NCBI GenBank assembly: GCA_050298595.1
Contig: JBNKUM010000041.1
Location: 1-59,725, forward strand
From: Gammaproteobacteria bacterium
GTDB lineage: Bacteria > Pseudomonadota > Gammaproteobacteria > GCA-001735895
Direction: 5' to 3'
DNA length: 59,725 nt
Shown here: positions 20,177 to 29,979 of the stretch, in pieces
Layout: every line of letters begins with the position of its first letter
How positions within the stretch are numbered: the stretch's first letter is position 1
Program-made: the position numbers and the translations under genes
Notes under the pieces: model-generated
Seen by the model: only the letters and a program-made list of their open reading frames with translations
Databases searched by the model: none
Told to the model about the DNA's origin: nothing

Positions 20177-21346
20177 ATGGAAAACGACTCGATTGTATTC
20201 TCCTTATTCCTGATATTTTTCGGCGCAGCGATGATCGCTACCATCGCCATGACCATGCGTCAGTCGCTGATTATCGCCTATATCGCAGTGGGCCTGTTGA
20301 TTGGGCCATCTGGATTTTCTCTGATTCATGATCCATTACTGATACAGAATATCGCCAATGTTGGGATTATTTTCCTGTTATTCCTGTTAGGGCTAAACCT
20401 TAATCCAAGAGAGCTTTACCGGATGGCGGGTGAAACCTCGGTGGTTACCGGGGTGAGTTCGATATTGTTGGTATTGTTTGGATACCTGTTTAGCCAGCTG
20501 TTTGGGTTTTCTCTGGTTGAGTCTCTGATCATTGGTTCGGCTCTGATATTTTCCAGTACCATTATCGGCTTAAAGCTGATTCCAACGACAGTGCTGCATC
20601 ACCAGCATACAGGCGAAATAATCATTAGTGTGTTACTGCTGCAGGATATTATCGCCATCATCCTGTTGCTGGTACTGGATGGCAGTTCAGGCGAGACATT
20701 TAACTGGATAAATCTGCTAAAGCCCCTGATTGCCCTGCCATTGCTGGCGCTGGCTACCTGGGGCATCGAAAAATATCTGCTGATCCGCTTGATCAGGGCT
20801 TTTGATCGGATTCAGGAATATATCTTTCTACTGGCAATAGGCTGGTGTCTGGGTGTGGCAGAGGCCGCTGAAGTCATGGGCTTATCCTATGAAATCGGTG
20901 CCTTTATAGCTGGTGTATCTATCGCTACCAGTCCGATTGCCTTATTCATTGCCGAAAGCCTGAAACCCTTACGCGATTTTTTTCTAATCATCTTTTTCGT
21001 TGCACTTGGAGCAAATTTCGATTTGAGTGTACTCGATCAAATTTGGGTGGCTGCACTTGGTTTAACCTTAATAGCCCTGTTTATTAAACCTATGCTGTAC
21101 CATTTTTTATTACGCTTTTCCAAAGAGTCGTCGGGCAGATCTATCGAAGTTGCTGTTCGCTTAGGACAAATGAGTGAGTTCTCCTTATTACTGGCCGTAC
21201 TAGCGGTGGAAATGAACCTGATCAGTGAGCAGGTGGGTTATCTGATTCAATTCGCAACCTTGCTGAGCTTTGTGGTGTCTTCAACCTATGTCGTTATGGT
21301 TTATCCCACGCCGATCGCACTTAGTGACAAACTTCGCCGAGATTAG
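20177..21346 (+). CDS. Cation:proton antiporter (CPA2/Kef-type, no KTN domain)
   Basis: GIIFLLFLLGL, FSST, LLLQD, GQMSEFS; many TM segments. Confidence 0.88.
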   Translation: MENDSIVFSLFLIFFGAAMIATIAMTMRQSLIIAYIAVGLLIGPSGFSLIHDPLLIQNIANVGIIFLLFLLGLNLNPRELYRMAGETSVVTGVSSILLVLFGYLFSQLFGFSLVESLIIGSALIFSSTIIGLKLIPTTVLHHQHTGEIIISVLLLQDIIAIILLLVLDGSSGETFNWINLLKPLIALPLLALATWGIEKYLLIRLIRAFDRIQEYIFLLAIGWCLGVAEAAEVMGLSYEIGAFIAGVSIATSPIALFIAESLKPLRDFFLIIFFVALGANFDLSVLDQIWVAALGLTLIALFIKPMLYHFLLRFSKESSGRSIEVAVRLGQMSEFSLLLAVLAVEMNLISEQVGYLIQFATLLSFVVSSTYVVMVYPTPIALSDKLRRD

Positions 21347-21398
21347 ATTCAACCATCACGTAACATTTGGGTCTTAATAATAGAAAGCTAAATATTCA

Positions 21399-21432
21399 GT
21401 TCAGTATCGGTTAAGTTTGGTGAGCTTATAGT
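21399..21432 (+). promoter_or_regulatory. PhoP-type direct-repeat box and -10 element
   Basis: GTTCAG-N5-GTTAAG (21399-21415) followed by TATAGT (21427-21432), upstream of the operon encoding the PhoP/PhoQ-like pair. Confidence 0.6.
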
Positions 21433-21460
21433 GGTGTCATTGTAAACATAGGAGCCAATC

Positions 21461-22018
21461 ATGAAAATCAGTCAGCAAAAATTATTAACAGTGTTTTTAT
21501 TGTCAGTTTTATCTGGTACAGCATATGCTGCCGAGCGTCATGAAGTCATATTAGAGCCCCCTCAAAGCGTTGAAAAAGTAGTTTACGCCAAGGTAATTCG
21601 TGTCAGCCCCGTTTTTCACTATGTGAGTAATACTACACCAGTCCAGGAGTGCTGGGACGAGCCAGTATCACAGCAGCGCTACTACCGTGGAAATGATGGT
21701 AGTTCAACGCTGGCGGGTGGATTACTGGGTGGTATTATTGGTCATCAGATTGGGCATGGGCATAATCGCCCCATTTCTACCGCTCTGGGAACTATTATAG
21801 GTGCTCAAATAGGTCATGATTCCGCTTCACGCGGATCCTATACCACTCATGAAACCTATCGAAATGTCTGTCGGGTAACTGAGCGAGACGATGGATTTGA
21901 AGTTGTACAGGATGGATATAAGGTGAGTTATCTGTTTGAAGGGAAAAAATATAACACGCATTTACCATATGACCCAGGTGCTCGCATTAAACTGAAAGTG
22001 CGGGTTGATTCTCAATAA
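21461..22018 (+). CDS. Glycine-zipper 2TM protein (YcfJ-like)
   Basis: Signal peptide; GGLLGGIIGHQIG.G...TALGTIIGAQIG; YDPG motif. Confidence 0.85.
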   Translation: MKISQQKLLTVFLLSVLSGTAYAAERHEVILEPPQSVEKVVYAKVIRVSPVFHYVSNTTPVQECWDEPVSQQRYYRGNDGSSTLAGGLLGGIIGHQIGHGHNRPISTALGTIIGAQIGHDSASRGSYTTHETYRNVCRVTERDDGFEVVQDGYKVSYLFEGKKYNTHLPYDPGARIKLKVRVDSQ

Positions 22019-22044
22019 TAAAACTCTGTAGGGCTGGAAGTAGT

Positions 22045-22737
22045 ATGAGAGCAATAGTCGTAGAAGATGATCAGGATATTAACGATCAAATCGTAACTCG
22101 CTTGAAGCAGGAAGGTTTTGCAGTCGATAGTGCTGATAATGGTGAAGACGGCCTGTATTTAATTCGCGAATATCCGAGCGATGTTGCTGTCATTGACCTG
22201 GGTCTACCCGTGATGTCAGGTCTGGATGTGATAAAGAAGGTTCGAGCAGATGGAATAACCCTGCCGATTCTTATTTTAACAGCCCGTGGACGCTGGCAGG
22301 ATAAGGTGGAAGGGCTGGATGCCGGAGCGGATGACTATCTGGTGAAGCCCTTCCACCAGGAAGAATTGATGGCGCGTATTCGCGTACTCATTCGTCGTGC
22401 AGCGGGCTGGTCGGATTCCACTATGCATTGTGGTCCGGTGGCGCTAGACCCCTCAACTCAGCGCGTGACAGTATCTGAGCAGGAAGTGGAGTTGACTGCT
22501 TATGAATACAAGGTGCTGGAATACCTGATCCTTCATGCCGGTGAGGTTGTTTCCAAATCTGTACTGACCGAACATTTATACGACGATGAAGATGATCGTG
22601 ACAGTAATGTTATTGAGGTTTTTATTCGTCGATTACGCCAGAAACTGGATGCTGATGAAAGCCTGAACCCTATCGAAACCCTGCGCGGCCGCGGTTATCG
22701 CTTTACCTTACCTCCTGCACGATCTATACAGAAATAA
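22045..22737 (+). CDS. phoP: OmpR-family response regulator, PhoP-like
   Basis: IDLGLP, LTARGRWQDKVEGLDAGADDYLVKPF, DSNVIEVFIRRLR. Confidence 0.8.
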   Translation: MRAIVVEDDQDINDQIVTRLKQEGFAVDSADNGEDGLYLIREYPSDVAVIDLGLPVMSGLDVIKKVRADGITLPILILTARGRWQDKVEGLDAGADDYLVKPFHQEELMARIRVLIRRAAGWSDSTMHCGPVALDPSTQRVTVSEQEVELTAYEYKVLEYLILHAGEVVSKSVLTEHLYDDEDDRDSNVIEVFIRRLRQKLDADESLNPIETLRGRGYRFTLPPARSIQK

Positions 22738-22756
22738 CTACTGTAGTATAGATTGT

Positions 22757-24097
22757 ATGAAATCAATTAAATCCCGAGTGATGATCACCAGCCTTATTGT
22801 GCTGGTGGGGTTTATGTTATTGACCGCATTTGCGCTGGAAACAGCGGTAGAAAAGCGCATGTTGCAGGCTGAAGAGGATAAACTTCTGGCGTTAATGTAT
22901 AGCGTACTGGCTGCTGTAGACAGGGATAGCACCGGGTTGAGTATCACAGTCTCTGATACACGCTTGTTTGAAAATGCCTTATTCGATAGTGAATCCGGTT
23001 TGCGTGCACTGGTTTATGATACTAAGGGAGAAATCTGGCGTTCGTTATCGACCCTGGGTCTCTATCCACAGCCGTTAGACCTGATGCCAGAAGAGCTCAG
23101 ATTTAGCCAGCAGAAGCATGATAACCGAAACTGGTTTCAGCTGGCCTTTTCAATCCAGTGGCCGAATGTGCACGATAAGTTAAGCCCGTATCAGGTTGTT
23201 CTATGGAAGGATGCCAGTGATTACTATGCAATGTTTAAGCGTTTTCACCAGACGCTCTGGTTGTGGCTGGCCATTACCATTGGTTTATTGATGGTTATAA
23301 TGTGGCTGGTGATGTTGTGGAGCCTGAGACCTTTACGTCAGATTGGAGAAGAAGTACGTGCGCTCGAGGATGGTGATAAGTTGCGTTTCGATACTACCTA
23401 TCCCGCAGAAATTACGCCCTTAACCCAAAATCTGAATCTGCTATTGCAACGTGAAGAACATCAGATGCAACGATATCGTCATGCACTGGATGATCTGGCG
23501 CATAGCCTGAAGACACCACTGGCTGTTCTAAATGGTATTGCCCAAAAAAGTCAGTGGGAGGAAGAAGACCGCAATACCTTGCAGGAACAGAATCAGCGTA
23601 TGAACCAGATTGTTTCCTATCAGCTACAAAAAGCAGCAATGGTAGGCGGTGAACTTATTACAAAACCAGTGGATTTAAATCAGTTACTGCTTAAGACAGT
23701 CAATGCCCTGCGTAAAGTTTACCCGCAAAAGCAAATTTTGGTACAACCTGAAATTGAGGAAGAAATTTTTATTCGAATGGATGAAAGTGATTTACTGGAG
23801 ATTCTGGGTAATTTGATTGATAACGCCTGTAAGTATGGGCATCAGCAAATCAAGATAAAAATTTTTGGTGACAAAAAGTTGATTAATCTGACTATTGAGG
23901 ATGATGGTAAGGGGCTAAATAAGTCAGAACTGAATGAAATTATTCAACGCGGAAAACGTCTTGATCAAACACTGGAAGGGCAGGGAATAGGCCTGGCCGT
24001 AGTAGATGAAATAGTAAAAGCATACGAAATTAAAATGAATTTCGCATCATCAACATCAGGCGGGTTAAAGGTTGAGCTAAGCTTTAATCCCGCCTGA
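22757..24097 (+). CDS. phoQ: Sensor histidine kinase, PhoQ-like
   Basis: Two TM segments; DLAHSLKTPL, GNLIDNACKY, GQGIGLAVV. Confidence 0.8.
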   Translation: MKSIKSRVMITSLIVLVGFMLLTAFALETAVEKRMLQAEEDKLLALMYSVLAAVDRDSTGLSITVSDTRLFENALFDSESGLRALVYDTKGEIWRSLSTLGLYPQPLDLMPEELRFSQQKHDNRNWFQLAFSIQWPNVHDKLSPYQVVLWKDASDYYAMFKRFHQTLWLWLAITIGLLMVIMWLVMLWSLRPLRQIGEEVRALEDGDKLRFDTTYPAEITPLTQNLNLLLQREEHQMQRYRHALDDLAHSLKTPLAVLNGIAQKSQWEEEDRNTLQEQNQRMNQIVSYQLQKAAMVGGELITKPVDLNQLLLKTVNALRKVYPQKQILVQPEIEEEIFIRMDESDLLEILGNLIDNACKYGHQQIKIKIFGDKKLINLTIEDDGKGLNKSELNEIIQRGKRLDQTLEGQGIGLAVVDEIVKAYEIKMNFASSTSGGLKVELSFNPA

Positions 24098-24105
24098 GTT
24101 AAACA

Positions 24106-24249
24106 TTAACTAACCTGAGAAGTGGTTAAGTATAACCACAGGCCATAACTTAAAATGATTGCGCCTGGTAAATAAAGTAACCAGTCCAGACGACTTTGCC
24201 TGGATCTATTGTTCCTTCTTTGCTCTGCCTTGCCAGAGAAAATTTTCAT
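24106..24249 (-). CDS. Unannotated 47-aa membrane peptide (basic N-terminus plus one TM helix)
   Basis: Manual translation MKIFSGKAEQRRNNRSRQSRLDWLLYLPGAIILSYGLWLYLTTSQVS*; AGGGGG SD-like run just upstream of the ATG. Confidence 0.55.
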   Translation of the reverse strand: MKIFSGKAEQRRNNRSRQSRLDWLLYLPGAIILSYGLWLYLTTSQVS

Positions 24250-24299
24250 AACTGCCCCCTATTGTTTGCAATAAATATACTGCGTAACGGGGTGTTACT

Positions 24300-24509
24300 T
24301 TAAACTCCAGGCAGGGTTAGATTCTGTGATCTATTACCAGGAAAAGGTGCCGCAGATGACAAAACAGATTTTATCTGATAAGCGGTTACTTTAGAGGAAG
24401 AAACGTGCTGAGCCTCGCATATCGTGCAACGATAAAATAAAACCTCAATCTTATCGTCGCTCGAGGTTTCGTAATTATCCATATGAGAGTTACAGTGCGG
24501 ACATTTCAT
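24300..24509 (-). CDS. Small zinc-ribbon protein (CxxC-x21-CxxC)
   Basis: MKCPHC...YRCTIC; own promoter (TATAAT) upstream. Confidence 0.75.
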   Translation of the reverse strand: MKCPHCNSHMDNYETSSDDKIEVLFYRCTICEAQHVSSSKVTAYQIKSVLSSAAPFPGNRSQNLTLPGV

Positions 24510-24571
24510 GACATCTTCTCAGCTTTGTAATGATTTCGTAATTGCGAGAATTATAAGAGTATTTGTAGTAA

Positions 24572-24619
24572 TCACAACATATAGTGGTTGATAATTTCCT
24601 GCTCCACTATATGTTGATG
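24572..24619. promoter_or_regulatory. Tandem NrdR boxes overlapping a minus-strand sigma70 promoter
   Basis: tcaCaAcATaTaGtgg (24572-24587) and ccaCtAtATgTtGatg (24604-24619) both fit acaCwAtATaTwGtgt, starts 32 bp apart; minus-strand TATAAT at 24550-24555 and TTGTGA at 24572-24577. Confidence 0.8.
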
Positions 24620-24762
24620 CATCTGAGATTATAACGGGTTTTTATCTGTTTAGGATGAATAATTATTTGATTCAATTACTTATTCAAAATAGCTAAGGTA
24701 ATTTGTTAAATAAGCATTGATGTCAGGGTTATTTTGATCCGATAAGCGGTAGTTGAGAAGCT

Positions 24763-26037
24763 CTATCTAAGAGCTTTAAAGCCAATGTCATTTCTAAAAT
24801 AGGCGCCAGGCCATTGAATCTGATTCACTAGCAGATAGGCTTCATCCTGAGCCTGTTTGACGTCGTTACCGAGTGCCACTACACATAAAACACGCCCCCC
24901 ATTACTGAGTACCTGCTGCGAGTCATCAAGAACAGTTCCAGCATGAAAAACCTTGCTATGGTCAGTTTCAAAAGGAATACCTCTAATTACTTCGCCCCTG
25001 GCATACTCATCGGGATATCCCTTTGCGGCTAAAACTACACCCAGAGAAACCTTGCTAGTCCATTGGGTTTTTTGCTGGTCAAGCTGTTGATCCAGAGCTG
25101 CCAGACAATGTTCAATCAGATCAGATTCCATACGCATCATAATCGGTTGGGTTTCAGGATCACCAAAGCGGCAGTTGTATTCGAGTACTTTTGGTGTGCC
25201 ATCCTTATCAATCATTAAACCGGCATACAGAAAACCCGTATAGGGGTTCCCTTCCTGTGCCATTCCATCAACAGTAGGACGGATGACTTCATCCATCACG
25301 CGTTGTGCAATCTCATCGGTAACAATCGGGGCTGGACTGTATGCACCCATGCCTCCGGTGTTTGGCCCTTTATCACCATCATCACGTGCCTTATGATCCT
25401 GCGAGGTTGCCATGGGTAAAATATTTTTACCGTCGACCATGCAGATGTAACTGGCTTCTTCTCCTTGCAGAAACTCTTCGATAACGACTCGGTGACCGGC
25501 TTCTCCGAAGGCATTGCCAGCAAGCATATCTTTTACAGCTTCAATCGCCTGCTGTTCTGAGTCTGCCAGTATGACCCCTTTACCGGCTGCCAGTCCATCA
25601 GCCTTGACGACAATGGGGGCTCCTACCTGATTGATGTAATCGACGGCAGCATCGATCTCAGTAAAACTGCTATAGGCAGCAGTTGGGATATTGTGTCGTT
25701 TGAGGAAGTCCTTGGTAAAGGTTTTTGAGCCTTCTAGCTGAGCAGCCTGCTGACTGGGTCCGAATATTTTTAAACCGTGTTGCTGGAACAGGTCTACGAC
25801 ACCAATCACCAGAGGGGCTTCAGGACCAACGATAGTCAGATCTATTTCGTTGTCGCGAGCAAATTCACATAACGCCTGAATATCATCTGCAGCTATATCG
25901 ATATTGGATAGCTTTTCTTCCAACTCGGTGCCCGCATTACCGGGCGCAACAAATACTTCGGTGACTTTGGGCGATTGAGCCGCTTTCCAGGCAAGTGCAT
26001 GTTCACGACCGCCGCCGCCAATAATTAAAACCTTCAT
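24763..26037 (-). CDS. purD: Phosphoribosylamine-glycine ligase
   Basis: GGGGREHALAW, VVKADGLAAGKGV, GPNTGGMGAYSP, EYNCRFGDPE. Confidence 0.97.
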   Translation of the reverse strand: MKVLIIGGGGREHALAWKAAQSPKVTEVFVAPGNAGTELEEKLSNIDIAADDIQALCEFARDNEIDLTIVGPEAPLVIGVVDLFQQHGLKIFGPSQQAAQLEGSKTFTKDFLKRHNIPTAAYSSFTEIDAAVDYINQVGAPIVVKADGLAAGKGVILADSEQQAIEAVKDMLAGNAFGEAGHRVVIEEFLQGEEASYICMVDGKNILPMATSQDHKARDDGDKGPNTGGMGAYSPAPIVTDEIAQRVMDEVIRPTVDGMAQEGNPYTGFLYAGLMIDKDGTPKVLEYNCRFGDPETQPIMMRMESDLIEHCLAALDQQLDQQKTQWTSKVSLGVVLAAKGYPDEYARGEVIRGIPFETDHSKVFHAGTVLDDSQQVLSNGGRVLCVVALGNDVKQAQDEAYLLVNQIQWPGAYFRNDIGFKALR

Positions 26038-26138
26038 ATTTCTAAACCTTGCTCATGTGTGTTGATCAACAGGGGTAATGAGTAAACACTGTTATCAAAT
26101 AACGAATACTCTGTCCTTAGCTGATAGCGCGCTTTATC

Positions 26139-27707
26139 TTAGTGTCTGAAATGACGCATGCCAGTGAATACCATTGCCATGCCATGCTCATTGGCTGCTG
26201 CGATCACTTCTTCATCGCGCATGGAACCGCCGGGCTGAATAACGGCTGTTATCCCTGCTTCATGCGCCGCATCGATACCATCTCTAAAGGGGAAGAAGGC
26301 GTCAGAAGCCATCACCGAACCTTTTACCGTGAGCCCTGCATGTTCGGCTTTAATACCTGCGATTCTTGCGGAATTAACCCTGGACATCTGTCCAGCGCCG
26401 ACACCTATGGTCATCAGGTCTTTTGCATACACAATAGCGTTGGACTTAACGAATTTGGCGACTCGCCAGCTGAACAGTAAGTCCTGCATTTGCTGCTCAT
26501 CAGGTTGTGCTTCGGTAACAACCTTCAGATCGTTGTATAAAGACTGGTCGGCATCCTGCACCAGCAACCCACCGTTGACGCGTTTTGTATCCAGTCGGTA
26601 GGCTGGATCATGCCACTGCCCGCAGGACAACAATCGTACATTGGGTTTACTGGCGATGATTTCTGCAGCCTGGTCATCTACTGAAGGCGCAATAATCACT
26701 TCAACAAACTGACGTTCAATAATCGCCTGTGCGGTTGCTGTGTCTAACTGACGATTGAAGGCAATAATACCGCCGAAGGCTGATTCAGGATCGGTTGCAT
26801 AAGCTCGATCGTAAGCCGTCAGCAGGTTGTCGGTAGTTGCTACACCACAGGGGTTGGCGTGTTTTACGATGACACAGCTGGGTTCATCAAACTGTTTAAT
26901 ACATTCCAGAGCCGCGTCTGTATCACCGATATTATTGAAGGATAGCTCTTTGCCAGATAGCTGTACGGCTGTTGAGATACAGGGTTCCTGAAGATTAGTT
27001 TCTACATAGAAGGCTGCATTTTGATGAGGATTCTCTCCATAACGCATTCCCTGTATGTGGTGATACTGAAGGGTAATAGTACGAGGAAAACGTTTGTCTT
27101 CTTCAGCTTGCACCATACGGCCAAAATAATTAGCGATTGCACCGTCATAACTGGCCGTATGCTCAAAGGCACGAATAGCCAGAGAAAAGCGGGTAGGCTG
27201 ACTGACACAGTTATTGTTATCATTCATTTCCTGCAATACCTGGCTGTAGTCGTTAGGATCTACAACGATGGTGACGCTGGCATGATTTTTTGCTGCGGCT
27301 CGCACCATTGCGGGACCACCGATATCGATATTTTCAATCGCATCATCAAAACTACAATCTGCTGCAGAAACCGTTTGCTGGAAAGGGTAGAGGTTAATCA
27401 CGACCAGATCAATCGGCTGAATCTGGTGTTCAGCCATTACCTCATCATCGATTCCACGTCGGCCAAGAATGCCGCCGTGTACTTTAGGGTGCAGGGTTTT
27501 AACTCTACCGGCCATCATCTCTGGAAAGCCTGTGTAATCGGCAATTTCGGTGACTGGAATATTATTCTGTGCAATAAGTTTCGCAGTTCCACCTGTAGAG
27601 AGTAATTCGACTCCCATCTGATGCAGTGATTTAGCGAATTCAAGTATCCCGGTTTTATCGGATACACTAATCAATGCGCGGCGCACCGCATTGTTGGAGT
27701 CAGTCAT
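26139..27707 (-). CDS. purH: Bifunctional AICAR transformylase/IMP cyclohydrolase
   Basis: [40 protein letters not shown]. Confidence 0.97.
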   Translation of the reverse strand: MTDSNNAVRRALISVSDKTGILEFAKSLHQMGVELLSTGGTAKLIAQNNIPVTEIADYTGFPEMMAGRVKTLHPKVHGGILGRRGIDDEVMAEHQIQPIDLVVINLYPFQQTVSAADCSFDDAIENIDIGGPAMVRAAAKNHASVTIVVDPNDYSQVLQEMNDNNNCVSQPTRFSLAIRAFEHTASYDGAIANYFGRMVQAEEDKRFPRTITLQYHHIQGMRYGENPHQNAAFYVETNLQEPCISTAVQLSGKELSFNNIGDTDAALECIKQFDEPSCVIVKHANPCGVATTDNLLTAYDRAYATDPESAFGGIIAFNRQLDTATAQAIIERQFVEVIIAPSVDDQAAEIIASKPNVRLLSCGQWHDPAYRLDTKRVNGGLLVQDADQSLYNDLKVVTEAQPDEQQMQDLLFSWRVAKFVKSNAIVYAKDLMTIGVGAGQMSRVNSARIAGIKAEHAGLTVKGSVMASDAFFPFRDGIDAAHEAGITAVIQPGGSMRDEEVIAAANEHGMAMVFTGMRHFRH

Positions 27708-27870
27708 GGTGTTGTCCAGATTTGAAAACAGCGCATTATAAGGGATGCGATTTTCAACATGAAGCTTATTTGCTGAATATCCTTATGCAGATTTTAAATG
27801 CCTGAATTAACACTGTTTTTACACTGATGAAACTGTATGAAATAGATAAAACTAAATCTCACGCGGTGAA

Positions 27871-28152
27871 TTATTGAGTGATATGGTGCTGTTTTAACTT
27901 TTTTCTCAGGGTACCACGGTTGATACCCAGGCAGCTGGCGGCACGAGACTGATTGTTTTCACAGTGACTCATAACTGTCGTTAACAGGGGTTTTTCAATT
28001 TCGTTGAGTATGGTTTCGTACAGATTGCATGGATCTTCACCATCCAGGTCGCTCAGGTAATCTATAAGCGCGGAAGATACCGATTTTTGCAACGAGTTGT
28101 TTTTACTTTTCAAAGCCTTATTCCACGATGACAGTTTTTCACCCAAAATCAA
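27871..28152 (-). CDS. fis: DNA-binding protein Fis
   Basis: NQSRAASCLGINRGTLRKKLK; located between dusB and purH; exact start uncertain. Confidence 0.88.
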   Translation of the reverse strand: MILGEKLSSWNKALKSKNNSLQKSVSSALIDYLSDLDGEDPCNLYETILNEIEKPLLTTVMSHCENNQSRAASCLGINRGTLRKKLKQHHITQ

Positions 28153-28188
28153 AATGTTTCTTAGGGGCTAAAAAGCTGTGCCAGTCAA

Positions 28189-29184
28189 TCACCCGGTTTT
28201 ATCGAATTGTCTGGATTGTAAACAATCAAAATACTCATTGAGTAGCCCCAGCTGGCAGTTGGCGTTTTCACAACCCAAAAGGGTCGTCTTTACCTTGAGA
28301 AATCCCGGTTTATCGCCCAGTTGCCAGATAATATGTTTGCGTGCTATGCGTGTTCCCTGAAATTCCCCATAAAACTGATACAGGTTTTCCAGGTGTTGTA
28401 TAAGCCAGTTTTTTATTATTGTTAGCTCTGGTTCTTCGCAAAGTTGCCCATTGATTAGATACTGATTTATCTGCTGAAAAATCCAGGGTCTGCTCTGGGC
28501 TGCACGTCCGATCATAATAGCATCAGCTTCGGTGAAGTGCATGACCATTTTAGCTTTTTTTATACTGTCTATGTCACCATTTGCGATGACCGGTATATTC
28601 AGTTGCTGTTTTATGCTTCGAATGCTCTGATATTCTGCCTCACCATCATATTTCTGGTCGCGAGTGCGCCCATGTATGGTCAAAGCCTGTATCCCACAGT
28701 CTTCAGCAATTCTGGCGATTTGATGGATATTGCGGTTTTCGCTTGACCAGCCGGTTCGAGTTTTCAGAGTGACAGGTACACTGACCGCGTTTACTACAGC
28801 CTGTAAGATCTGGGCGACCTTGACGGGGTCTCGCATGAGTGCTGATCCCGCTTCTTTACGACATACTTTTTTTGCCGGGCAACCCATGTTGATATCAATA
28901 ATCTGGGCACCCTGGTCAACATTGTAGCGAGCTGCTTCTGCCATCATCTGTGCTTCCGATCCTGCGATCTGCACAATCACGGGTTCTGGTTCACCCTGAT
29001 GGTCTCGCCTCAATAAGGATTTTCGAGTATCTCTTAACTCGGGGTTACTGCTGACCATTTCAGATACGGTCATCCCTGCACCGAGTTTTCTGCATAGCTG
29101 TCTGAATGGTCGATCAGTTACACCCGCCATCGGTGCCAACACCAGAGGGTTGTCAAACTGATAAGGTCCAATACTAAAGCTCAC
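28189..29184 (-). CDS. dusB: tRNA-dihydrouridine synthase B
   Basis: LAPMAGVTDRPFR, IDINMGCPAKKV, TIHGRTR, IANGDI. Confidence 0.93.
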   Translation of the reverse strand: MSFSIGPYQFDNPLVLAPMAGVTDRPFRQLCRKLGAGMTVSEMVSSNPELRDTRKSLLRRDHQGEPEPVIVQIAGSEAQMMAEAARYNVDQGAQIIDINMGCPAKKVCRKEAGSALMRDPVKVAQILQAVVNAVSVPVTLKTRTGWSSENRNIHQIARIAEDCGIQALTIHGRTRDQKYDGEAEYQSIRSIKQQLNIPVIANGDIDSIKKAKMVMHFTEADAIMIGRAAQSRPWIFQQINQYLINGQLCEEPELTIIKNWLIQHLENLYQFYGEFQGTRIARKHIIWQLGDKPGFLKVKTTLLGCENANCQLGLLNEYFDCLQSRQFDKTG

Positions 29185-29975
29185 GATACAAACTCAAATT
29201 CGTAGGTCAGGGCTTCGGTGCCGGGGTCAAGTATTTCAAGTTTAAATTGCGCTGATTTTCCAGGAGCCAGGCTTTGTCTGGTTTTATCGATCAGATATTC
29301 CTCTGCGGTAAATTGACGATTGGCGATCAGGTTACCCTTGATGTCAGAGAGGCTGATCAGCAGTCCTGGCATGAATTGTTCAAAAGGGGCATCGTTGATA
29401 AAAGAACCAGTAATCATCAGAGCTTTCTGCTGTGTGGGGTGCGAGAACACATTTCTTTCAACCATGCGTATTTGAGCGGGGCTGGAAAACCGACTGCCGT
29501 CGCAGGGCAATAGCTGACAAAGATTCAGTATTTGCTGCTGGTATTGATTTGAGGAAATCAGCTGATAACGTTGGTAGTAAATAACCTGGATAATACCGAT
29601 AATGATCAATAGCGCTATGCCAACGACCCATAATATCGGCTTTAATGATTGATCGGATTTATGATCATCACCATACATGGCTTCACGCAACGATAAACTG
29701 TTCGCTTCTGCGTTTAATTTTTCTTCAGAAAACCGGGAGGGCTCAATATTTTGCTTGCCCCTGAAATTAAACGCTACTTCAGCATGATCCGTTTCAAGAA
29801 CTGGTTGACCTGAATAGTTTTCCAGATTGCTTAAGGCATTGAATACCTGCATACACAGGCTGCATCGAACCTGACCATGGGCAGCATCGAGTTGTTCAAT
29901 GCTGATCCGAAAAACACTATTGCAGTGAGTACAGGTGGTTTGTAATTCATCACTCAGGTTGGTTCGGTTGTTCAT
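29181..29975 (-). CDS. Zinc-ribbon and DUF3426 domain membrane protein
   Basis: TTCTHCNSVFRI....GQVRCSLCMQVF; one TM; usual position between prmA and dusB. Confidence 0.85.
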   Translation of the reverse strand: MNNRTNLSDELQTTCTHCNSVFRISIEQLDAAHGQVRCSLCMQVFNALSNLENYSGQPVLETDHAEVAFNFRGKQNIEPSRFSEEKLNAEANSLSLREAMYGDDHKSDQSLKPILWVVGIALLIIIGIIQVIYYQRYQLISSNQYQQQILNLCQLLPCDGSRFSSPAQIRMVERNVFSHPTQQKALMITGSFINDAPFEQFMPGLLISLSDIKGNLIANRQFTAEEYLIDKTRQSLAPGKSAQFKLEILDPGTEALTYEFEFVS

Positions 29976-29979
29976 ATAC

